Virus record (IMG/VR): IMGVR_UViG_3300021387_000299
Location: 113,820-177,819 of that record
Length of the DNA stretch: 64,000 bases
Direction: 5' to 3' (one strand)
DNA from: a virus
Taxonomy: Duplodnaviria > Caudoviricetes
The stretch's first letter is position 1. Each line of letters starts with the position of its first letter. Positions 23,048 through 33,161 of the stretch are shown here, piece after piece. Under the pieces are notes generated by a model. That model ran no database searches and was not told the origin of the DNA. It saw only the letters and a list, made by a program, of their open reading frames with translations. The position numbers and the translations under genes were made by a program.

Positions 23048-23260
23048 ATGGAATTTGCTGAATTGAACAACCATGAGGAAAGAATGCTCAATCTCTACTT
23101 AGAGTTTTGGATCGAAGAGTCTGAAGGAATATTCGATGACAAAGACGAAAACTATAGCTTCGAAGATTGGTTGGTTGAATCTGCTGAATGGTTTGCGCAG
23201 GAATGCGGAGAACAGTATGCAGAACCCTATCGGCAGGCATTAGCTGAATGGCGGGCTTAA
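23048..23260 (+). CDS. Highly acidic small protein (DNA-mimic/anti-defence candidate)
   Basis: E/D- and aromatic-rich; shares SFE(D/E)WL motif with 27703-27933. Confidence 0.7.
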   Translation: MEFAELNNHEERMLNLYLEFWIEESEGIFDDKDENYSFEDWLVESAEWFAQECGEQYAEPYRQALAEWRA

Positions 23261-24448
23261 AGCCTGCTTTTTATTCTTAGTAACTTGTGAATGTTTTATC
23301 TTTCACAAGTTTGAGTTAGCGGCCGCTAACGGGTCGAAAAATTATAGCACAGTCCGCCGCAGATGTCAAGAGAAAAATTGAAAAAAATTTAAAAAAATAA
23401 ATAAAAAATCCCGAAATTAGGTGTTGACAAATAATAACCAATAGACTATAATAATAATGTAAAGAGAGGTAAGAAAGATGAAAATCAAGGTTGAATACTC
23501 AGAGGGCGCTGGGTGCGTAGCTTCCTATTGTGAAGAATGGTTTGAAGAGTTTGAATCAATCGTGGAGATGGTAGCATTTATGAAAAAGTTTGAAGAGCGG
23601 TTCCCGGATGCTGAAATTTCATTCCATTCAGATGGTATCCTGTCTATCTGCAGAGAATTATAAAAAAAATTAAAAAGAGGGGTTGACAACAACCCCTCAA
23701 CCGACTATAATAATAATGTAAAGATAAGGAGGACAAAAACATGACACTTTACATCTTCGAAAGAGGCGAGGCACTCGCAAGAAAGCTCAGCAGAGCTGAG
23801 ATCAGAAACCACGAAAAGGAATTCGGAAAGCTGATCCGCACAATCAAAAACTACTGCTAAAAAGCAGTATTTTTTTATAAAAAGTATTGACAAATAATAG
23901 CCAGTAGGCTATAATAATAATGTAAAAAGAAGGAGATAAAAAATGAAAGTCCAGTTTAATAAAAATGAAATTGAATACCCTGAAAATACAATTCCCGTTG
24001 AGTTCATCTGCGCTTATAGGGATCAGGCATTGGCTGAAATGGTCCACTGTAAAGATGATCCTGTGAAACATGATCAGTATGTATTTTTAAGAAAAACTCT
24101 TAAAGAAATGATTGAAAATTGGGAAAACATTGTTGACAATCAGTAAAAAAGTGCTATACTATAAGTGTAAAGAAAAGGAGAACACAACATGCTGAAATAC
24201 CTCGGAACAATCAAAAAGTCATCCTTCACTCATCCCACTCACAAATGGGTGGTATCATCTGAAGAACATCCCTTCCGCAAGTTCCCTACTAGCGGAGAAG
24301 GCGCTTCAAGAATGATCAGAAAGATCCGCGCAAAGGGTGAAAATCCTACTATCTATAAACTTGTGGATTAACACAAGTTTTTTTATTTTAGGTATTGACA
24401 GACCAAAAGAAAAATGTTATTATAATAGTGTAAAGAGAGGTAAGAGAA

Positions 24449-24676
24449 ATGAATGAATGGATTCCCTGCAAAGAAAGAATGCCCGAACATGGCGGCGATT
24501 ATCTGGTTACGTATTTAGAAGATGGTTGCTGTGATCATCTCACAGTCGGAATTGAAGATCTGTGGATTTCCGAAACTGGAAAGCATAAATCTTATTCCTG
24601 GGCAACAATTCCCAATGAAAACGTTATTGCATGGATGGAATTGCCCGAACCTTATCCATACATTGAAGAAGAATAA
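24449..24676 (+). CDS. DUF551-like phage protein
   Basis: MNEWIPCKERMPE...YLVT...VIAWMELPEPY. Confidence 0.85.
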   Translation: MNEWIPCKERMPEHGGDYLVTYLEDGCCDHLTVGIEDLWISETGKHKSYSWATIPNENVIAWMELPEPYPYIEEE

Positions 24677-26766
24677 AAAAAGTGTTGACAAACACTTTTT
24701 TTGTGTTATAATAATAATGTAAAGAGAGGTAAGAAAAATGAAAGAGTATTGCAATGACTGGGAATGCCCGCACAACAAAGACGGAGAATGTGTCGCAAAT
24801 GCTGAAGAGTACGCACAGTGCTTTGATGAACTCTTGGCGGCGCTCTCAAGGCTGAAAAAGTCGCAAGAAAAAAATAAATAAAGTGTTGACAACAATCCCA
24901 TAATCAACTATAATAATAATGTAAAGAGGAGGAAACAAAGATGATGCATCTCTCACTGATTAAAACTTACTGCAAGGTGATCGCCGAAAAAGGCGACTGG
25001 GCGATCTGGTATGAGGACGGTGGCTATAAGTATGCCGAAGTCCTCGACCCCGAAGAGGGTTGGATCTCCTACTCCTGCAATTCAGAGTCTGAATGGCAGA
25101 TGCTCACCGAGAGGTGAGTTTTTTTTGCTTAAAGCGTTTGGTCGCGCGCCCACGATCCATGCGCGCGAAACTTCAATTATACCACGCGATCAGCAATTTG
25201 TCAAGCGATTTTTTGCAAAAAAATTTTTTTATTTTTTTTCCTAAAACCCTTGACATTTTTCTAAGGTGTGGTATACTAATAATGTAAGGAGGGGAGGGCA
25301 ACCCGAACGGGATGCTCCACGTGAAGCGCGTAAGACCCTTCCGCCAAAGACCTTGCACCGCCCGGAGTCCTGTTGGCGCGGTATATAAATGTGAACCAAG
25401 GAGGCAACTCCAACCCGCGGTTGACCGCTCGCTCTTGGAAAGGGGACGGCAGGACAGAGCAATTTCTTTGAAAAAATACTTGACTTTCCAGTCAGATGTG
25501 CTATACTATACTTGTCAATAGGAGGAACTTACAATGACAGCTAGATATTTCTTATTCCACGATGCAGAGCACGACCAGGACTTCGTGGTCTGGGCCCATG
25601 ACGAGATGGGCGCTTGGCGGTGTCTCTTTGAAGACGACCCCGTCTGGGCTGATGCCCAGGTCACCTTTATCGGTGAAGTCTCCTACGAGGAGCAGAAAGG
25701 AATGAAGCAGTATTATTAAGCTTCATCCTTTTTTAATTAACCATATAGCGCCCGGCGTGCCGCCGACGCGCGCTTTTTGCGGAGGCGGCACGTCCTTCCA
25801 TTATAACACGCATAGGCAAAAAAGTCAAGCGCAAATTGCAAAAAATATTCGAAAAATTTTTTTCCTAAAATGCTTGACTCATGCCTACCCATGTGCTATA
25901 CTATAAGAGCAGTAAGGGAAAGAGCTATAAAGCGATAGACCAGTGTGCGGACGCTCTCTAAGAATACCGGAAAAACCTTATTGCGGAGCCTATTGGTACG
26001 GCTTTCATATATGGCTTATGGGAGAAAGTAACTCTGTGCACAAGTTTTTCTCCCATAAGGCTTGACATTTATTTCCAAATCAATTATAATAAAATTAACA
26101 AAAGGAGAAAAGAAAAATGGAAAAAACAAACAACACAATCGCATTGAGAAATGGTCGCTACATCTCTCTCTCTGAAATGGAATACAAATATATTTCCAAG
26201 ACATGTGATATTATCAAATGGTTAGTTATTCTGATGGGCAATTGTGATTATAGTTGCGCATGTGATGAGAATGGAACCTATCTCTTCTCAAAAGAAGATT
26301 TAAGGCTGTTAAATGATCTTCTTTCCAAAGTAAAAGATATTAAAAAAATTGGACTTTAAAAAGAGTTGACAAACTTTTTAAAAAATGATATAATAAAAAC
26401 ATAAAGAGAGGTAAGAAAAATGTTTGAACACAATAGCACAGTTCATGTAGTCTACGTTAAAAGCTCCGATTCAGAACAGTACAGACAGAAGTACCAGGAC
26501 GCCGTTGATGAAATTCAGAGACTGAATAGAATCATTGACGAGCTTAAAGAAAAGCTTCAGTCTACAGAAAAGGAACTTCATCTCATGGAAATTGCCAACA
26601 GTTCCCTTGCAGGAATGGTTGACGATCTGACCGATGAGGTTAATGCTCTCTATGTAAAGCTTCATGACTTCAACAACTAAAAAATAGCACAAGCTATTTT
26701 TTTAATTTAGGGGTTGACATTTGTTCCAATAGTGCTATAATAATAATGTAAAGAGAGGAAAATGAA

Positions 26767-27177
26767 ATGGAAAAAATCGTTGTATACCTTGACATGGATG
26801 GAACTATTGCTAATCTGTATGGCATCAAAAATTGGCTTCCCCGTTTAAGAAATGAAGATGAAACAATCTTCTTGGAATGTGCGCCGATGGTTACTGAAAG
26901 CGAACTGCGCAAACACTTTCCCGAAAGTCTGTATGATGTGCGGATTCTGTCAATGACACCAATGAACGCAAGTGCTGAATACTGCATGAATGTAATCAAT
27001 CAGAAAAACGCATGGCTTGATAAATATTTCCCTTCAATTTCGAAAAGAATCTACCGCAAGTATGGACACAATAAGAATCTGAAAAATTCACAGTATGCAA
27101 TTCTGATTGATGATTCAAAATCTATCAGAGAATCTTGGAGAGGTTTAGCTTTTGATCCCGCTATCTATTGGGATTAA
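26767..27177 (+). CDS. HAD-superfamily 5'(3')-nucleotidase-like protein
   Basis: YLDMDGT motif I, ILS motif II, K..WL, ILIDD motif IV. Confidence 0.8.
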   Translation: MEKIVVYLDMDGTIANLYGIKNWLPRLRNEDETIFLECAPMVTESELRKHFPESLYDVRILSMTPMNASAEYCMNVINQKNAWLDKYFPSISKRIYRKYGHNKNLKNSQYAILIDDSKSIRESWRGLAFDPAIYWD

Positions 27178-27702
27178 AAGTTTTTTTTATTTGACTTTTC
27201 ATTTTAAAATGATTATAATTAAAGTATAAAGAAAGGAAAAATAAAAAATGAAAGTTATTATTAGCTACACTATCTATGAAGAAAAAGAAATTAAGGTCTC
27301 CAACAAGTATGCTATCCTTCGCAATTATCCTGCCGAATTAAATGAACAGCTCAGGCGAGAATGGAGGGCTAAATCTGATGAACTTTACACCGAGGCGCTT
27401 GAAGCCATTCCCGCAGATGCTGAATTTTGCGCAGTCAGAGACGCCAAAGATGATGAAATTTTATTTGAATTATAATTAAAAATGCGGAGACCCCCGCATT
27501 TTTTAATTGATTTTTGCTTGAACCTTTTGGCGATCCGCGCGCGAGCGTCTTTCTTGCGCGCGGATCGAACTTTCATTATACCATGCGATCCAGATTTTGT
27601 CAAGCGAAAATTGAATAAAAAATTTATAAAAAAAATATCCCAAAATGCTTGACTCCAAGAGCAAAAAGAGTTATTATAGTAGTGTAAAGAGAGGTACGGA
27701 AA

Positions 27703-27933
27703 ATGACAGAGTTTGAAAAGAAATTAATTGGCACTTTGGAAGAGTTCGAGGATGAAGATACTTGCGGAATGTCTTTTGAAGAATGGCTCATTGACGGAAT
27801 TGAATTTTTTACAGAAGATTGCAATGAAGAAGGTACTACAGAAGAAGAAATTGAATGGAATAAAAAAGAAATTGCATGGTATAAACAGGTTCTTGAAGCT
27901 TTAAATAATGGAACGTATGATAACTTAATTTAA
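27703..27933 (+). CDS. Highly acidic small protein, probable paralog of 23048-23260
   Basis: MSFEEWLIDGIEFFTEDCNEE vs YSFEDWLVESAEWFAQECGEQ. Confidence 0.7.
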   Translation: MTEFEKKLIGTLEEFEDEDTCGMSFEEWLIDGIEFFTEDCNEEGTTEEEIEWNKKEIAWYKQVLEALNNGTYDNLI

Positions 27934-29443
27934 CCATTTATAAAAAAGAGTTGACAGACTCTTTTTTTGTGCTATAATAATAATGTAAAGAGAGGTAAAG
28001 CAAATGAAAACATTCACAAGACAGGACATCGCCGAATTAATCGAAAGTATTGGCGGACGTATCCTTGATAACGGAGATGATTACATTGAAGCTACTAGCA
28101 ACTATAGTTGGAATACCCTTTGGTTCCAGTTTGATGAAAATGGAATTTTGATTGGAATCGGTTGCTAAAAAAATAAAAAGGGGGTTGACAATAACCCCCT
28201 AATTAGATATAATAATAATGTAAAGAGAGGAACCAAAAGATGAAACAGTACAAGAACTCAAACGGAACAGTTACAACCTACAACATGCGCAATGAGGAAA
28301 TGGCTCGCAACCTGCGCAAGCTCGGTCACAAAGTCGTTGAAGATAAAAAGAAGAAAGCAAGTAAGAACGCTTGCAGAAAGGGGTGGGAATAATGACAAGG
28401 GAAGAAAAGTCAAAATTCCATCGTGATCTTATTGACCTTTTGACCAACTGTAAAGATGATCAAACATACTATGAAAGAATGGTTTACAGCTTACAGATTA
28501 TCTCAAATGAATTAACTTATTTCAAAATCCAAAAGGAAGAAAAATAAAAAAATACTTGCATAAATACTAAAAGCGTGATATACTAAAGATATAGAAAGAA
28601 AGAGGTAAAAAAAATGAAACTTACAGAAGAACAGAGAATTATCCTTGACGGCGAAATTACCCTTGCAATTCTTAGATTTGTTGGGGATGAAAATTTCGAT
28701 AAAGCGATTGAACGCTATGACGAAATCAGCGAACTCTGTAACACTGCAATTGAAAATTTCCTTGCGACTTGCTAAAAAAAATTGGGTAAAAGCCCATTTT
28801 TTAGTTGATTTGGCGTCGCGCTCGCGGGCGCTTTTCCTGCGAGCGCGACGTATTTTCCATTATACCACGTATACCAGATTTTGTCAAGCAAAAATTGTGA
28901 CAATTTGTTGGCAAAAAATTTTCCTAAAATTGACACTTTTGGGGGTTGTAATTGTCATAAAAAAGAGTATAATAATAATTGTCAAGAGGAGAAAGCAACC
29001 AACCTCTCCCAAGCGCATAACTTGGTGTAAGTAAAATCGGCACTCTTCACAAAAAATACTTCAAAAACCTCTTGACAAAGTATAACGAATCTGCTATACT
29101 ATAATTGTCAAGAGGGGATGGTTGGGTCATCCCGTGGGGACAGAGCTATCTGATGAACTATAGTAAACTGACCACCATTAAAAATAAAAAATGCAAAAAA
29201 ACCTCTTGACAAAGTATAGTAAATCTGCTATACTAAGAATGTAAGAAATGAGGAGAATCCCGTTCGTGGCACAAAGGAAGGTTGGAAACCGAGGGATCTT
29301 AAATGGAAAGCGACAGAACTCTGATAAAAATCCTCTATCAGACAGAGCGCAAAATCCTCAAATTTCTTCAAAAAACTTATTGACAAATCTTAAGAAACAG
29401 TGTATACTTAAAGTGTAAAAAGAAAGGTAAAAGGTGATTACAC

Positions 29444-29818
29444 ATGGCAGAAAAGATGAACCTCACAGAACAGATTAACTCCATCGCATTCGAAGGACTG
29501 ACAGAAGAGCAGTTCGCATTCCTCAAGGAAAGAGCACTGAAGTCTATCAGAAAGCCTTCCAAGACAAAGGCTCTGACCAAGACTCAGAAGGACAACCTCG
29601 TTTTCAAGGAAAAGATCCTCGCCCTGCTCGGTGAAAAGGGTAAGCTGACCGCTACCCAGATCGGCGAAGAGCTTGGGTGGAAGGGTTCTCAGAAGGCAAC
29701 CGCTCTGCTTACTCCGATGGTAAAGGCGGGTACGGTTGTCAGAACCGAAGAAGGCAAGGTCAAGTTCTTCTCCCTTGCCGAGGTTGAAGAAACCGAAGAA
29801 GAAGAAGAAGAGGAATAA
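29444..29818 (+). CDS. Winged-helix DNA-binding protein (family with 45836, 32343, 37118, 53756)
   Basis: C-terminal ILALLGEKGKLTATQIGEELG..KATALL..V.R; strong codon bias; poly-Glu tail. Confidence 0.75.
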   Translation: MAEKMNLTEQINSIAFEGLTEEQFAFLKERALKSIRKPSKTKALTKTQKDNLVFKEKILALLGEKGKLTATQIGEELGWKGSQKATALLTPMVKAGTVVRTEEGKVKFFSLAEVEETEEEEEEE

Positions 29819-29847
29819 CCCCGAAGGGGCGCAAGCCCCTTCCTCAT

Positions 29848-29923
29848 ACGCCCTTAGCTTAATAGGTAAAGCACTTGACTCTGAATCAAGAGAGTGAGGG
29901 TTCGATTCCCCCAGGGCGCGCCA
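29848..29923 (+). tRNA. tRNA-Gln(CTG)
   Basis: Cloverleaf; anticodon arm CTTGA-CTCTGAA-TCAAG; GTTCGATTC; CCA end. Confidence 0.9.
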
Positions 29924-29929
29924 TTATAT

Positions 29930-30073
29930 GGGAGATTGGATTGCACAAATCTGACACGGCGGGCAGTGCCTGACCGCTTCACCTCTGACAGTTGCCGTGA
30001 ACCTAGGATAACACGGTAAACAAGTGAAAGCGCGTAGAACAGGCGCAATTGGGTTCGACTCCACCTTCTCCCC
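29930..30073 (+). ncRNA. tRNA-like structured RNA
   Basis: GGGAGA/TCTCCC terminal stem and GGTTCGACTCC T-loop, but about 140 nt and no canonical anticodon arm. Confidence 0.5.
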
Positions 30074-30310
30074 TAAAAAACCGCTCCAAGCCAATAGGTC
30101 CTCCTCCTTGCCTATTGGCTTTTTATTTGGCGTTTCGTTGCCGGGCGCTTCTCTTGGCAACGAAACGTGTTTCATTATACCACACGATCCAGCATTTGTC
30201 AAGCAAAAATTTCGAAAAAATTTTTTTAAAATATTTTTCCCAAAAGTATTGACACATGCCCTTAATAGTAGTATCATTATTACAGATAAAGAAAGAGAGA
30301 GGTAAATAAA

Positions 30311-30637
30311 ATGACAAAAGTTGGAACAGTTTACATGGTTACAGAAAAGGGTCTCCGCACAGTAAAGGTTGGTTTCACAACAGACTGGGCAAAGAGAAGA
30401 GGGAATTATCACACACACAGCACTTGCGCAAGAATCATTGACATTATGGATGGTACAGACACTGATGAAAAGATGTATCAGCAGAAAATGCTTGAAATGG
30501 GATTTACAAAAGCCTTCAAGTATTCTCCAAGAAATGAATGGTTCAGACTTCCTAAGGGCATGAAGAAATCAGAACTCGAACATCTCGGATTCGGAATCTT
30601 TCAGAAAGATGAAGAAGAAGATGAAGAAAATGCTTGA
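30311..30637 (+). CDS. GIY-YIG/T5orf172-like domain protein; ends in TGA
   Basis: GTVYMV..VKVGFT....R..Y, E..Y, NEWF. Confidence 0.7.
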   Translation: MTKVGTVYMVTEKGLRTVKVGFTTDWAKRRGNYHTHSTCARIIDIMDGTDTDEKMYQQKMLEMGFTKAFKYSPRNEWFRLPKGMKKSELEHLGFGIFQKDEEEDEENA

Positions 30638-31176
30638 CAAAGCATTTTTTTTGTAGTATTATAATAATGTAAAGAGAGGTAAAACAAATGAGAATGACAT
30701 TAAAACTCGCTAATCAGCTTATGGATTCACTCGTATGCCTTGCCATTAGTGCTAATGGCGGTGCAGACTATGACCACTTACCAACAGATGAACAGATGGC
30801 GTTGGTTACGAAGTATGCCAGCAATAAACTTCTTGAAATTTGCGCAGAATGGGAAGTCCTCAAGGGAGAAGAGTGGGAGATTGAAGAACCGGAAGAAGAG
30901 GTCGATGAAGAACCCACCCTCGATCTTGACATGGGGTTTGACCCCTACATGGGATGCTACACAGATGACTGCTGAAAAGCAGTTTTTCTATTTGACTGGG
31001 CGGGCCGTTCGCAGGCGTCTTTTCCTGCGAACGGCCCGAGCTTTCCATTATACCACGCGGCAGAAAATTTGTCAAGCATTTTTTTTGAAACTTTAGTGTC
31101 AATTTTTATCCCAAAATGGCACGCCTGGATCTGTGTGCATGGTTTGCTATTGGTAAACTTTTTGTTTAAAAAAGGC

Positions 31177-31869
31177 TCATCTCTGAGCCTTTCTCCAACA
31201 GTTATAGTATAAACCGTACTGCATGTTATACTTCTTAACATTTTTTACAATGTAGCGCAAGATTTCTGTTTCATCTTCTGCGTCACTTAATGCCGTGTGT
31301 TTTTCAACATAGTCATTCTTTCCTGTAATGAACCGATAACAAACTTCTGCATTTGTTTTAAAATTGCCTGCTTCAGAAATGTAGTGATTTTCTTCTGCAA
31401 ACTGATGATACCGTTCAGTCTGCAAGATTGTTTCACATGCAAGGTTATAGATACAGAGCAGATTTTTACTCTTCTGATCAAGGACCTTTGCAAGATTCTG
31501 TTTTTCTCTATTGAACAGCTGTTCAGTGTATTTAATAGCTTTGTAGTCAAACTGTAAATTGTATGCGCTGATAGTTGTTACTTTAAACTCTTTGATCAAT
31601 TTCACAATTGTTTCTGAAATTTCTTTCCAATAAACAATCTTTTCAGTTTTCCGTGCCTGCTTGTAATCTTCTGAATACTGATTGTAAAATTCTGATGTAG
31701 CAAGCATCCACCTTGCATCTCTGTGAAGTTCTCTAACTAAGAACCGATCTTTGTGTAAAATATTGAAATTTTTATCAATGATTGTAAATCCAATGTCATG
31801 AACCAGCGGAGTCCCAAAATTGCCGATTGTTTCAGTATCAAGCACCATGATGTTGTTTCTTGTTCTCAT
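31177..31869 (-). CDS. DEDDh 3'-5' exonuclease
   Basis: VLDTET, AYNLQFD, HTALSDA motifs. Confidence 0.85.
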   Translation of the reverse strand: MRTRNNIMVLDTETIGNFGTPLVHDIGFTIIDKNFNILHKDRFLVRELHRDARWMLATSEFYNQYSEDYKQARKTEKIVYWKEISETIVKLIKEFKVTTISAYNLQFDYKAIKYTEQLFNREKQNLAKVLDQKSKNLLCIYNLACETILQTERYHQFAEENHYISEAGNFKTNAEVCYRFITGKNDYVEKHTALSDAEDETEILRYIVKNVKKYNMQYGLYYNCWRKAQR

Positions 31870-32342
31870 TCTTATTACCTCTTTTCTATACCATTATTAT
31901 AACAGTTCCAATTGAAAATGCAATACTTTTTTTAATATTTTTTTAAGGGGAGTTAGCTACCGCTAACGACCGAAAATTATACCACACTCACGACCAGAAG
32001 TCAAGAGGAAAATTGCGAAAAAATAGTTGAATTTTTCTAATTTCCCGGACGACTTTGTGAAAAAATTAGCAAAATTTTTTATTGCAATTTTAAAAAATAA
32101 ATTATATAATTATTATAGAAATAAGGGAGAGATAAAAAATGAAGAAAAAATTTATTGAGCATTACTTTAATGACTGTTTAACTCAAGAAGATTTTGACTA
32201 TCTTAGAAGTCTGCCTAAAGAAGAGGCTTTAGAACTCTATCAAGAAATTCAAAGAATGGAAATTCTTCTTTACTTAAGAGGTTGACAATCTAACCAAAAA
32301 GGTGTATACTAAAGATACAAAGAAAGGTAAGAGGTGATACAC

Positions 32343-32693
32343 ATGAAAGAACCGACAAAGAAAGACCGTTATGAACAGATTCTGACTTACGTTGCAGACA
32401 ATGCTGAACTGGTAGCATTTGTCAACCATGAACTTGAATTGCTTGCAAAGAAGAATGCGTCAAAATCTGCAAAGCAGACCGACAGACAGAAAGAAAACGC
32501 TGATCTGATGACCGTTATCTATGACGCCATGGAGAATGCAAAACAGTACAGAGTAACTGATCTGATTGCGGAAATTCACGAATTGAACGGAATGAACACA
32601 CAGAGAGTTGCTCCGATTCTGAAAAAGATGTGCGACAATGTGCTGGTCACCCGTGAAGTTGTGAAGGGTGTCGCTTACTTCACAAAGATTTAA
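32343..32693 (+). CDS. Winged-helix family protein, close paralog of 37118-37471
   Basis: Shared QKENADLMTVIYDAME, GMNTQRVAPIL, DNVLVTREVVKG.AYFTKI. Confidence 0.8.
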   Translation: MKEPTKKDRYEQILTYVADNAELVAFVNHELELLAKKNASKSAKQTDRQKENADLMTVIYDAMENAKQYRVTDLIAEIHELNGMNTQRVAPILKKMCDNVLVTREVVKGVAYFTKI

Positions 32694-32765
32694 TCTCACA
32701 AAAATAGCGGATAGGGGTTGACAAAACCCCTATCCCATGCTATTATTATTACAGAAAGAGAGGTA

Positions 32766-33161
32766 ATGACAATGGCAAGACGGACAGCCGAACAGACTGA
32801 AGCGTTGATTCAGAAACACATGAGAACATTACATTGCACTAGAGAAGAAGCGATTGATGTTATCAAGTGTGATGATGAAATTGACGGCGGAAACACTGAA
32901 TTATTTGCACTGACCGCTGATCAGAAAAAGATGGTTAGAAATCTCACGAAAGCGGATAGAGATCCTACGGTGAAAAGAGAAGTCAAAAGAGATAGAAAGA
33001 TTGACGATGATAAGTTGAAAATCTTCACTGTCTTGAAAGAAGCCCTTGAAGGTGCAGAAATTGAAAATCTGTCATGCAAGAATGAAGCAGAAATCAGTTT
33101 CACCTACAACGGCGCGGAGTACACCGTAAAGCTCACAAAGCATCGTGCAAAAAAGGCTTGA
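32766..33161 (+). CDS. Hypothetical protein, paralog of 37518-37889
   Basis: Shared LI..HMRTL.CTREEAI and YT..LT.HRAK. Confidence 0.75.
   Translation: MTMARRTAEQTEALIQKHMRTLHCTREEAIDVIKCDDEIDGGNTELFALTADQKKMVRNLTKADRDPTVKREVKRDRKIDDDKLKIFTVLKEALEGAEIENLSCKNEAEISFTYNGAEYTVKLTKHRAKKA

Noticed and set aside
29140-29180. Hammerhead ribozyme at CTGATGA
   Set aside because: No correctly placed GAAA or stem II/III partner found by eye.
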